Below, one piece after another: positions 19,765 through 28,826 of a stretch of DNA of 64,000 nucleotides. This stretch comes from a virus. Taxonomy: Duplodnaviria > Heunggongvirae > Uroviricota > Caudoviricetes. The stretch covers positions 22,146-86,145 of the IMG/VR virus record IMGVR_UViG_3300045988_145627; one strand, 5' to 3'. Position numbers and translations under genes: made by a program. Every line of letters begins with the position of its first letter. Position 1 is the first letter of the stretch. Below the pieces are notes generated by a model. The model saw only the letters and a list, made by a program, of their open reading frames with translations. It was not told where the DNA came from and made no database searches.

Positions 19765-20055
19765 ATGAGCAATTTAACTTCTTGGGACTGGTGGTTGGTA
19801 CACTATTTCTTAGCGGCCGGAGTCGCATTCGCCTTTTACGTAGGTCAGTTAGTCGTAAAACTGTTGCTGATTAAATTTGCTAGTCATAAACGTATCGATG
19901 ATGGTCTGTGGCGTCTTGGCACCCTGGTGGAAACTCGCTACGGGCAACTTAAGGAGAACGAAACCATTACTATCCAAGCGAAACGATTCACTGCCACCAT
20001 CACAAGAACACCTAGTCGTAGAGTGGCCTTGATCAAAAAAGTCACAACCGAATAA
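19765..20055 (+). CDS. Hypothetical small membrane protein (96 aa)
   Basis: Hydrophobic N-terminus WWLVHYFLAAGVAFAFYVGQLVV. Confidence 0.3.
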   Translation: MSNLTSWDWWLVHYFLAAGVAFAFYVGQLVVKLLLIKFASHKRIDDGLWRLGTLVETRYGQLKENETITIQAKRFTATITRTPSRRVALIKKVTTE

Positions 20056-20833
20056 AAACACAAAGATAAGTATTTACTTACTTATCTTTTATGTATAAGA
20101 TGACTTTGTTTTCGTTGAGACGCGACTGTTTGAACTTAAATACAAGTGCAAACGAAGAAGTCTATCTGGCAGTAGCCTAATAAGCCAAACACCAGCGAGG
20201 TCAGTTTCCAGCCTCGTTACCGAAATGGGACACACTGAGCGAGTGTGATTGCAGAACGCAGGAGGGAACATTCATGTTCCCTCCGATGAAGTAACAGAAT
20301 GGGCGGTTGGTATATTTTCAACTCCATATGACTCCCGGATTCTTAGCCACTGACCGCCCATCCTGTTACGTCATTTTGTTCAATTATGTCGTTTATACTG
20401 GGTTAAAAAGCGGCGACGTAGCCCGGCTGGTATGGTTAGCCAGCACACAACGTTGAGGCCATTACATTTTTATTAATTCTAAGGTTCTATTCACAGAGAT
20501 ACCGGCGAGCGTTGATATGTAACATGTTGGGCAAACATTCAATCGGAGTAGTGGCCTCAACGTTGTGAAGACAGGATTGTTGTGTAGGTTTAACCACTGT
20601 TGCCATTGGTGCCTGTTTTCACAACAAATGATTCCATACATCACATTGTATAAATTACAAAGTAGGTGCTGTCCTCAGAAACATCATCTACTTAAAGATT
20701 TTGCCTTCTACTATTGAGCGAAGTCGAAAGCGTCTGGCACTAACGAAAAGTGCAAGTAGCGGTGCGTTTCCTGGCAGAAACTAAACCGTCGCGATTGGCA
20801 CTGTTGAGTAATAAATACTGGCAGTGCCGAATT

Positions 20834-20908
20834 GATGGTGTAGCTCAGCGGTAGAGCAGTTGGCTGTTAACCAACTGGTCGGTGGTTCGAATCCGTTAAC
20901 CGGCACCA
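20834..20908 (+). tRNA. tRNA-like sequence, anticodon GTT (Asn); acceptor and T stems are imperfect, so possibly a pseudo-tRNA
   Basis: Canonical D-arm gctcagcggtagagc, perfect anticodon stem gttgg/ccaac with loop ctGTTaa, T-loop ttcgaat and 3' CCA; acceptor stem has 2 mismatches and T stem 3 G-U pairs. Confidence 0.4.
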
Positions 20909-21121
20909 ACACAACAGGAAAGAGCATTGAGAACCGCCGAGACTGCACTGTTTGAAGCGTAAGTCCGTGCAAACGTCATACAGTGCTCTTTTCGTTGTGG
21001 TGAATGCGGCTAAGCGCACGCGGGGAAATGGTTATATTGATCCTTTGTGATGTCTATTGGCTCCGTCCACGGTGGATAACCAGCCAAAGGACACCGGGAA
21101 GCACCCGGCACCATAACAATT

Positions 21122-21208
21122 GGAGAGTAGGGAGCATGGTGCTCAAGCGGTCTTGAAAACCGTCCCATTGCGCAAGCGATGATGGTTCGATTCCATTACT
21201 CTCCGCCA
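21122..21208 (+). tRNA. tRNA-Ser (anticodon TGA), long variable arm
   Basis: 7-bp acceptor stem ggagagt/actctcc, anticodon loop ctTGAaa, 17-nt variable arm, T-arm gatgg-ttcgatt-ccatt, discriminator G plus encoded CCA. Confidence 0.6.
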
Positions 21209-21364
21209 GACACAGCGTTGAGCGGTTTGGCCTTTTAATCAACTCGATTAAGACTCCGCTAACATAAACCAGACCGCTCAACGCTGTGATAGACAATTAC
21301 GGCAGACGTTCTTAACCATAGCTTGCTAACATCCTAGCAACACTTTTTTTCAGCGCAAAATTCA

Positions 21365-21388
21365 AAGGGGCTTCGGCCCCTTTTTTGA
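21365..21388. terminator. Bidirectional rho-independent terminator (A-run, ggggcttcggcccc, T-run)
   Basis: Perfect GC hairpin flanked by AAA and TTTTTT; lies between the tRNA cluster and the 3' end of the reverse-strand gene. Confidence 0.75.
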
Positions 21389-21403
21389 AAGCAATGGGCA
21401 AGT

Positions 21404-22738
21404 TCATGCCAAATTATCCAGATTTCTTTTCTTTTGTTCAATTATATTTCTCGCGCCAGAAAAAATTTTACTCAAAATAATTGATTTGCTTGCTCTATTA
21501 TTAAGATGTAACAACGCGCTATAAAATACATAGTTATCTATTTTACTATTTAAAGTATTCCCAAGCTTCCCGTCATATATGCTATTAATAGTATTAAAAT
21601 ATACATGTTCAGGACCTATATTACAAATACCCCTATCAACTCGCTTTAAATAATGTTTAACTAAAGAAATAGCATCTTCCTTATCATTAATAACATAAAG
21701 TCCTGAGCGTTTACCCAGTTTGCTGTTCGAGAGCAATTTACAACCTACAAGCTCACTTAACGTATCTTCAAAATTTTTCAACTCTTTGTCGGCGTTTTCC
21801 AGATAATGCTCAATCTCTTTCTCCATATTACTTATTAGAGAATTAAATTCTGCTCGTAACAAATCACCACCAGGTGATTTATAACTCCATAAAATTGAAT
21901 TGGTAATACGTACTACGTCAGATACTTCTGGTTTCTCTGAATAGTTTTTGTATCTAGTGCAAATAATGCTGTGCTTTATATATTCTCTAACTAATGATCG
22001 ATAATCCCTTTCGAAAAGGGTTTTGACATCTAGTCTTCCATTGCTTGTTGTTATTAGTGTGGTATTTAAAACTGGGTCGCCTTCAAAAAAATTATATTTA
22101 TTTAGTAATCGTTTTAGCTTGTGTGAATTATGTGATGTTTCGCCATAATAATTTAGCCCAAAAATAGCAATTATTAGCATAACATCAGGAGTGATGAAAT
22201 GTCGTAATTGCTCGGCATAAACTTTTTTCTCTTCGATTTTCGAAGATGGAGAGTAAAAACCTTTGTCTATATATTCTAATATTGAAACAATATTACTAAC
22301 ATAACGTATAAAAACTTGATTCATTACAACGGAACCATAAACCTGATGCAAATAATCTACTCTCAAGTTGTTTTTTATTTTTTCCCCTGTGCTAGATGAT
22401 AACTCTTCTTTTACCTGCCCAAGTAGCTTTTCGTGGTGCTCCAGCAATGTTTTAAACCATTGTTCAAATGATGATTTTCTTGCCTCAGTTAATGAATCTG
22501 ATGTTATCTGGACAGCTTTCATAGCTGCTTTCGCACTTTTCTTTGCTTCATAAGCGTTCCATGCTGTAGCACAAAAAGCTGCCGCCGTGATGCAACTGGT
22601 AAAAATAGAAATCCTATCTGCAACATTCAAGCTCCAGAACCAATCAGACGATGAAATCAAAACCACAGATATTACGGGAACAATGAAAATCAAAACAGGC
22701 ATGTATGTACTCGCTCTAATAGTTATTAGTCGAGGCAA
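21404..22738 (-). CDS. Hypothetical membrane-anchored protein, low-GC (444 aa)
   Basis: Two N-terminal hydrophobic helices followed by ~380 aa Lys/Asn/Tyr-rich soluble region; opposite strand to neighbours. Confidence 0.5.
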   Translation of the reverse strand: MPRLITIRASTYMPVLIFIVPVISVVLISSSDWFWSLNVADRISIFTSCITAAAFCATAWNAYEAKKSAKAAMKAVQITSDSLTEARKSSFEQWFKTLLEHHEKLLGQVKEELSSSTGEKIKNNLRVDYLHQVYGSVVMNQVFIRYVSNIVSILEYIDKGFYSPSSKIEEKKVYAEQLRHFITPDVMLIIAIFGLNYYGETSHNSHKLKRLLNKYNFFEGDPVLNTTLITTSNGRLDVKTLFERDYRSLVREYIKHSIICTRYKNYSEKPEVSDVVRITNSILWSYKSPGGDLLRAEFNSLISNMEKEIEHYLENADKELKNFEDTLSELVGCKLLSNSKLGKRSGLYVINDKEDAISLVKHYLKRVDRGICNIGPEHVYFNTINSIYDGKLGNTLNSKIDNYVFYSALLHLNNRASKSIILSKIFSGARNIIEQKKRNLDNLA

Positions 22739-22880
22739 ATATTATATAAATCTCGTTATGATTTACAGACATGTATACGTATTGCTAATTATCACCAACA
22801 AATGATAGGTGTGTACATATTTATCATTTGTTGTAAAATTAATGTATACGCTATGAATACACTAATAATATGAGGTAATC

Positions 22881-23126
22881 ATGACTATCGTTATCTACGG
22901 ACGAGATAACTGTTCATACTGCAAACGTGCGGTCGAGCTGGCGAAGCAACTAAAGGGACATGGCTACGGTGATTATGAGTACATCGACATCACCACTGCT
23001 GGTATCGACAAGGAAAAACTTAGTGAAATTGTTGGTAAACCGGTAGAGACTATCCCCCAGGTACTGATCGATGGCCAACCGATTGGCGGATACACAGAAC
23101 TGGCTGCATACGTCAGCACCCTCTGA
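22881..23126 (+). CDS. nrdH: Glutaredoxin-like protein (NrdH-type redoxin)
   Basis: 81 aa with CSYC redox motif near the N-terminus. Confidence 0.7.
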   Translation: MTIVIYGRDNCSYCKRAVELAKQLKGHGYGDYEYIDITTAGIDKEKLSEIVGKPVETIPQVLIDGQPIGGYTELAAYVSTL

Positions 23127-23131
23127 TTTTA

Positions 23132-23156
23132 ACGGCTCACAGGAGCCGTTTTTTAT
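23132..23156 (+). terminator. Rho-independent terminator
   Basis: aacggctcacaggagccgtt hairpin followed by TTTTT. Confidence 0.75.
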
Positions 23157-23206
23157 TCCCACCAAACTCACACCTGTTTCCCTTAAAATTCAAAAAACAA
23201 CATCTA

Positions 23207-23239
23207 AATGATTCCATACCTACTATGTATGGAATCATT
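23207..23239. other. Candidate recombinase core site: 13-bp inverted repeat aatgattccatac / gtatggaatcatt around a 7-bp spacer
   Basis: Perfect palindrome ~100 bp upstream of the tyrosine recombinase gene; the same 14-17-mer recurs as half-sites at 19614-19630 and 20626-20642. Confidence 0.45.
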
Positions 23240-23337
23240 ACTGAAAATGAGTTACTTTTACTCTTGATCCTATAAGAATCTATGCCTAATATACTGTTTA
23301 CTTATACAGTGCATCGGCGTAACTCGGTGATTGTCAT

Positions 23338-24441
23338 ATGAAAAATAGCTTTGACAGAGCACGCGCTGCGGAGAACACCTCAAAAGAGGCGATTGAGTAT
23401 CTCGAAAGAGCATCTCAAATGCAGGCCGTTATGATCTCCCAGGTCAGCAATGACATGAGATTCTCGGACGCATTCATGTTATTCACTCGCTTATCTCTGC
23501 TGATAACAAGACGTCGGCCAGAGATCGCTGTTCATTGTATTTTGATACATGTTTTGCCGCACATTGCCGATGTAAAAGTAAGTGATATTAATAGGTTCAT
23601 GGTGAACCAACTGGTCAACCCACTAATACTGGATGGCAAAATTGTTATGGGTCGCCGCGTTTTCTCTCTGATGAAGCAGTTCCTCAGCTGGTGCGCCTTC
23701 CAGGGGATGATCGACGTGTCACCGTTAAACGATATGTCACTTAACAAAGTTGCCGGTGGCGCAAAGCCCACACCTCGCGAGCGGAAGCTAACCGACGCAG
23801 AGGTATGGGTGTTCTGGAATATATGGGACTACTTCAATGTGTGTGCTGGTACAAAATGGGCGGCCAGGCTATGTCTTGTATCCGCAAGACGACCTGACGA
23901 AGTACTGCGGGCTAAAAAAAGTGAGTTCAACCTCCAGCGTGGGGTTTGGAATCAAGGCAAGAGAAACAAATCAGCCCGTGAGCATTCTCTGCCTTTAAGC
24001 ACATTAATGCGCACATGCATTGAAGAGTTATTCGAATATGGTAAAGGCAGCCAGTGGCTTGTGCCTTCGAATAAAAAAATCGGGAAAGATCTTCCGATGT
24101 CTAAAGTGGCAATAGCCCAGGCATTACGCCGTATCCTGGAACGACCAGAACTGATGGAGCTTGAGCCATTTACACCACGAGATTTGCGTCGTACTGCGCG
24201 TAGTTACTTCCCAGCATTAGGCATAAGCCAGGAGGTATCACGTAAAATCATGAACCACAGTCTTGAGGGGATAGATCGGGTCTACGACCGGCACGATTAT
24301 ATGGACGAGATGCGAGACGCCTTAGAAAGTTTCTCGACGTACATCGCATCAATCGTAGAGCAACCGGATTTAGACGAAATTGACCACAAATTCAAGGGAG
24401 ATCGTCTATCGACAGAGCTTATTCGTGTAAATTTTTCATAG
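23338..24441 (+). CDS. int: Tyrosine recombinase / integrase
   Basis: C-terminal catalytic boxes LVSARRPDEV, FTPRDLRRTARS, NHSLEGIDRVYDRHDYMDE (R..H-x-x-R..Y pattern). Confidence 0.75.
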   Translation: MKNSFDRARAAENTSKEAIEYLERASQMQAVMISQVSNDMRFSDAFMLFTRLSLLITRRRPEIAVHCILIHVLPHIADVKVSDINRFMVNQLVNPLILDGKIVMGRRVFSLMKQFLSWCAFQGMIDVSPLNDMSLNKVAGGAKPTPRERKLTDAEVWVFWNIWDYFNVCAGTKWAARLCLVSARRPDEVLRAKKSEFNLQRGVWNQGKRNKSAREHSLPLSTLMRTCIEELFEYGKGSQWLVPSNKKIGKDLPMSKVAIAQALRRILERPELMELEPFTPRDLRRTARSYFPALGISQEVSRKIMNHSLEGIDRVYDRHDYMDEMRDALESFSTYIASIVEQPDLDEIDHKFKGDRLSTELIRVNFS

Positions 24442-24822
24442 AGACTTTATGGCCTCAACAACCTTTTGTGATGCGCCTTTCTCTTTACCGAATCGCTCGT
24501 TATATGCAGCAAGAACCTGTTTTTCGTCCTCGTTAAGAGGAGCAGTGCCTTCTTTGTATAAAAATGCTGCGAGTTCGGGTTGGCGTTCTTCCAGCACCAT
24601 CATCATAAGACGACTTGGCTCAATACCCAGTGCCAGCGCCAGCGGACGAACCTTATCGATAGGCAAAGGAATTTTGCCGCTTTTAATTAAAGAAAGGTTG
24701 TTGGCGTTTTTATACCCAATTGTTTTGGCTATCTGGGCCTGGCTCATAGGTGAGGATTCAATCAACCCTGCGATAAAAGCAGCGTAGCGACTTTCTATAA
24801 ATTCAATCTTGTTGTCAGACAT
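24436..24822 (-). CDS. Helix-turn-helix transcriptional regulator (XRE/Cro-CI type)
   Basis: HTH segment SQAQIAKTIGYKNANNLSLIKSGK; 128 aa; convergent with int and divergent from a small + strand ORF. Confidence 0.65.
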   Translation of the reverse strand: MSDNKIEFIESRYAAFIAGLIESSPMSQAQIAKTIGYKNANNLSLIKSGKIPLPIDKVRPLALALGIEPSRLMMMVLEERQPELAAFLYKEGTAPLNEDEKQVLAAYNERFGKEKGASQKVVEAIKSL

Positions 24823-25073
24823 TGTTACAACCTTTGCGCGTTCAATTCTCTCTGGTAAGTGCTTACCGATATTACATCAAAGGTTAGGGTTGTAAAGCTA
24901 TTATCATTTTTTTCGGCAGGCACTTTAAAGACCGGACAAAGACCAATGCATGGTGAAAAACTAGCCCCAAATAGGTAAGAAAATTAACTTGCATCTAATA
25001 TGGATGTATTCAGTATTGATATAAATTTTAGTAGTATTCCTTACAATAGTATAAGTAAGAATGGATTGATTGA

Positions 25074-25286
25074 ATGAACACCACTATTTCCAGCCTAATA
25101 GCTCTTGAGATCGGACACGTACAAAAATTAGCTGATGAGTGTGTAGCTGACATCCTCACCGAGCTACCGAATGAGCAGATTGAGGTTGGTGTGAATGACA
25201 CAACTGGCTTTATATTCGAACTTAACAACAAACGCTTCACGCTTATCAATACCGGCTCCGGGTCTTTAGCCGTCAGAACCTGTTAA
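25074..25286 (+). CDS. Hypothetical small protein (70 aa), divergent from the HTH regulator
   Basis: ORF only; upstream intergenic region carries a GGTAAGTGCTTACC palindrome. Confidence 0.3.
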   Translation: MNTTISSLIALEIGHVQKLADECVADILTELPNEQIEVGVNDTTGFIFELNNKRFTLINTGSGSLAVRTC

Positions 25287-25384
25287 TCCCTCTTCTACCT
25301 GCGCGAATGGCTTAGTTCCCTGTTCGCGCAGTGCTACATTAAACACACTAGTAAATAATTTGTTTTCATAACAAAGGATTAGCC

Positions 25385-27493
25385 ATGTCCAAAAAACGTT
25401 CCATCAAAGAGGTTCAGGACTTCCGTGACAGTGTAAAACGAGTAGTCGCTCTCCTTTCAGGTAAAAACATCCCTGTTGCAGAACGAGGGGACGACGCTTA
25501 TGTACGCTATAACGATGATGGAGAGCCAATTCTCGTAAACATCCCATCAATCCCAGATAACGCAACACCGGCATTGATGAATGCAGTACGCGGATTTCTA
25601 GATCATGAAGTTGCTCACATTTTGTTTACCGATATTCATGTGTCCAACAAAATGAGAGAAAAAGGACACGTCCCTTCCTGGTCACTATGGAATGCCTTAG
25701 AAGACGTGTTCATCGAGCGAAAAATGGGGCAGGTCTTTAACGGAACAAGACGTAATCTGATGGCAACTCAGCGCCTGATAATCGAAAAAGTCTTTAAACC
25801 AAAGGCTTCAGAGGCTATTACTTATTGTGGCAAAGATCAGCGCGCGCTTTTTCTAAACTTCTTTCTCTGTCCGGTTGTAAGAGCCTGGGATGGCCAAGCA
25901 CCGTTCGTAGATTTCATGGATGAATACTGGCCTGTCATTGAGAAACCAATTTCATTATTAAAAGAACATGGTATCGATGTGGCCGTGCGTAACATGTCTT
26001 GCACGGAGGATTGTTTAAAGGTGGCTGCGACCATAGCTAAGATCCTCAAAGACACAGAAAGTGAAAGCAAAGGTAAGGAGTCAGCTCCGGGAAAAACTCC
26101 CGATCCTTCAGACGCTGACCAAGCGGATTCCTCTGGAGAAAGTAATGAAGACAATGAAGATCACAAGACACATGAGATGCTAGATAATCACATATCTATA
26201 GATGATGAGTCACACGGTAAGTACATACATGATGATAACGATAGTGATGATTCAGATAATTCTGAATCATCAGAAACAATATTCGATGATACAAAAAATG
26301 ATAAAGAGGTATTAGATTCTGATACTTCCAATAGCGCGACGACAGAAGCAACTACCTCGGATCACGAAAAAAGAAAAACGGCAGAAGACGGCTCTTCAGA
26401 CATTCCCACTCCGTCCAAAATGAGTCTGGAAGAGGCTTTAGAGGAGCTTGATAGCATGGAAGATGAAGTCGGAGGCATGACAGAAGATGCACTATCCGAA
26501 ACGATTAAAAGCGAGTTAACAGAAAGCTCGAAAAGCGAATACAGGCCATACAATCGCTCATACGACTTCATCGGTTCGATTGATCAGGCAGAAGCCCATA
26601 TCAAACGGCTTATTAAAACATTCTCCGATATTGATTTAGGTGGATATCCAATCAGCCGTTATCGCATCGTTCCTGAAGGCAACCAACTCTTCGACAAATA
26701 TATTGAAAAGCATCTTTCGTCAGGTGTTTCGTCGACGCTGGCAAAAGACCTGGAGCGTGCAATTGCAAGCAGAAACAGAGTTCAGTTTATACCGGGCCAG
26801 CGTCGGGGGCGCATTCATGGTTCTAGTATCTACAGATTAGCAATGAATGATGATCGCGTGTTTCGTAAAAAAGAAGAATCTAAGGCCGTTAACGCCTGTG
26901 TTCAACAAGTGATTGATTTATCAGGTTCAATGAGCGGCGAAACGATTAAACTGGCTCTTGCAAGTGCATATACCATCGCCGATGCGCTTGATCGAATAAA
27001 TGTTCCCAACATTATCACCGGCTTCACAACATTTGGTAGTCATATGGCAGCAGGAGAGCTTAAGGCAATCAAGTATGAGTTCTCTCGCTTTGAATCTTTA
27101 ATGCTACCTATCATCAAAAATTGGAATGAAAAGGCAAATTCTCGCGAAGTTCGCTCACGTATGGGGTGCGTAGGCTACACATTCCCACTTCTTAATAACG
27201 TGGATGGTGAAAGCATAGCCAGCCTTGCATCGTTATTTTCTGGTCGCATGGAGGACAAGAAGATCATGCTTGTTCTAAGCGATGGCGCGCCGTGGGCTGT
27301 TGGGAGAGGTTTTGACGCTCATTTGCGTTCGGTTGCGAAGCAAATTGAAACGCAGACTGACATTGATTTGATGGCAATTGGCATCATGACTGACGCACCG
27401 GAGAGATTTTACGCAAACCATGCCCTAGTAACGAGCGTTGATAGTCTTGGTTCATCTGTAGTTACTGAACTATCTCGTATCATTTTGAAGTGA
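25385..27493 (+). CDS. von Willebrand factor A (vWA) domain protein with N-terminal HExxH motif and acidic low-complexity linker (CobT-like)
   Basis: HEVAH at aa ~74; C-terminal MIDAS-like DLSGSMSG plus LVLSDGAPW; Asp/Ser/Glu-rich central region. Confidence 0.6.
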   Translation: MSKKRSIKEVQDFRDSVKRVVALLSGKNIPVAERGDDAYVRYNDDGEPILVNIPSIPDNATPALMNAVRGFLDHEVAHILFTDIHVSNKMREKGHVPSWSLWNALEDVFIERKMGQVFNGTRRNLMATQRLIIEKVFKPKASEAITYCGKDQRALFLNFFLCPVVRAWDGQAPFVDFMDEYWPVIEKPISLLKEHGIDVAVRNMSCTEDCLKVAATIAKILKDTESESKGKESAPGKTPDPSDADQADSSGESNEDNEDHKTHEMLDNHISIDDESHGKYIHDDNDSDDSDNSESSETIFDDTKNDKEVLDSDTSNSATTEATTSDHEKRKTAEDGSSDIPTPSKMSLEEALEELDSMEDEVGGMTEDALSETIKSELTESSKSEYRPYNRSYDFIGSIDQAEAHIKRLIKTFSDIDLGGYPISRYRIVPEGNQLFDKYIEKHLSSGVSSTLAKDLERAIASRNRVQFIPGQRRGRIHGSSIYRLAMNDDRVFRKKEESKAVNACVQQVIDLSGSMSGETIKLALASAYTIADALDRINVPNIITGFTTFGSHMAAGELKAIKYEFSRFESLMLPIIKNWNEKANSREVRSRMGCVGYTFPLLNNVDGESIASLASLFSGRMEDKKIMLVLSDGAPWAVGRGFDAHLRSVAKQIETQTDIDLMAIGIMTDAPERFYANHALVTSVDSLGSSVVTELSRIILK

Positions 27494-27588
27494 TTAGAAT
27501 AGCCTTAATGATAAGTAATCACTTACGATATTTGATGGTATATTTATATAAGAAGTTGAAAGCTCATTAGAAAACAAAGGAAAAACGC

Positions 27589-28824
27589 ATGACTACTACT
27601 GCACTGCAAAATGAAAAAAATCCTTCTGATTACCTTGTTTGCAAGTGGTGCGGAAAATCATTTCACTATTTTAAGTCCCATGTAGCCAATGGTAATTGCG
27701 AGGGCATTCCTGAGTCAGTAAAAGATGCCGATCCTGACACCGTACTGAAAATGTACACAACGCAGTTTCCAGATGAGCCAACGCTATCGAAAAAGGCACT
27801 TGATGCAATTCAAGCTAAACGTGCCGAGCAAAAAAGCGAAATGGCCAAATCATCTGGCGTGACCAATAGCCCAGGCTATACAGGCACAGTTGAGTACAAG
27901 ACAGATCTGGTCGCAGCTCACGAACTGCTAAATGTAACGGTGAAAGAACTCGGAACAAAACGTGGGACGCCGCTCATGGTTAGCGTCAACGTCAATACGC
28001 CGTTTCCAGAGTTCGTTCCAGAAGTGAAGAAGGGATACGTATATGGCGACTTCGAACTGATCAAAGACATTTTCATGATGCTTGAACTTGGCATACCAGG
28101 CTATTTGTGGGGTCATGCAGGAACAGGCAAATCTTCATTGCCTACACAACTATGTGCTTTGCTCAATCGTCCGTTAATCCGTGCCCAACATACAGCATCA
28201 ATGGAAGAGGCTCATGTTACGGGACAAATTCTGGCGCGTGATGGCTCTACGTATTTCGAGCCTGGCTTGCTTGCGCTCGCAATGAAGCATGGCTGGGTTT
28301 ACCTCGCGGATGAATACGACTTTGCGTTTCCACAGATTCTTGGCGTGTATCAGCCAGTGCTGGAAGGTGAAGCGTTGGTCATCAAAGAGGCGACTCCAGA
28401 ATGGCGTCGCATTACTCCGCATGAACGGTTTGCTTTCATTGGCACTGGCAACACGAACGGATCTGGTGATGAAACCGGCTTGTACCAGGGTACAAACATC
28501 CAGAACGCCGCTAACTTTTCGCGTTTTGGCATCGTTTCGAATGTGAAATACATGAGCAAAGAGGCAGAGATCAGCATGTTGATAAATGCTGGCATCGTGG
28601 ATGAATACGCTGAAAAGATGGTTAAGTTTGCCGGTATCGTTCGCGATGGATACGAAGAACACCTGATCAGTCAGCCGATTGGCCCTCGTGAACTTTTGTT
28701 GTCGGCCAAGATTGGAATGATGCGAGGCGACTTTGTGACAGGTATTGAGCGTTCTTTCATTAACAAACTCCCTTCAGCTTCTGCGCAAGCGGCACGTGAA
28801 GTTGTTCAAAAAATATTTGGTTAA
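27589..28824 (+). CDS. AAA+ ATPase, MoxR/CobS-like
   Basis: Walker A GHAGTGKSS, Walker B VYLADEYD, N-terminal Cys-rich segment CKWCGKSFHY; directly downstream of the vWA gene. Confidence 0.65.
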   Translation: MTTTALQNEKNPSDYLVCKWCGKSFHYFKSHVANGNCEGIPESVKDADPDTVLKMYTTQFPDEPTLSKKALDAIQAKRAEQKSEMAKSSGVTNSPGYTGTVEYKTDLVAAHELLNVTVKELGTKRGTPLMVSVNVNTPFPEFVPEVKKGYVYGDFELIKDIFMMLELGIPGYLWGHAGTGKSSLPTQLCALLNRPLIRAQHTASMEEAHVTGQILARDGSTYFEPGLLALAMKHGWVYLADEYDFAFPQILGVYQPVLEGEALVIKEATPEWRRITPHERFAFIGTGNTNGSGDETGLYQGTNIQNAANFSRFGIVSNVKYMSKEAEISMLINAGIVDEYAEKMVKFAGIVRDGYEEHLISQPIGPRELLLSAKIGMMRGDFVTGIERSFINKLPSASAQAAREVVQKIFG

Positions 28825-28826
28825 TC

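Noticed and set aside
20781-20972. ORF 20781-20972 (minus strand, 63 aa)
   Set aside because: Overlaps the tRNA-like sequence on the opposite strand; no SD; likely spurious.
24436-25286. Toxin-antitoxin pair (HTH antitoxin plus small partner)
   Set aside because: Genes are divergently, not co-directionally, arranged and separated by 250 bp; the small ORF has no toxin-like motif. A regulatory switch is more parsimonious.
27928-28662. Antisense and alternative-frame ORFs within the AAA+ ATPase gene (27928-28116 -, 28198-28662 -, 28289-28546 +, 28350-28595 -)
   Set aside because: All overlap a motif-supported coding frame (Walker A/B) and have no independent signals.
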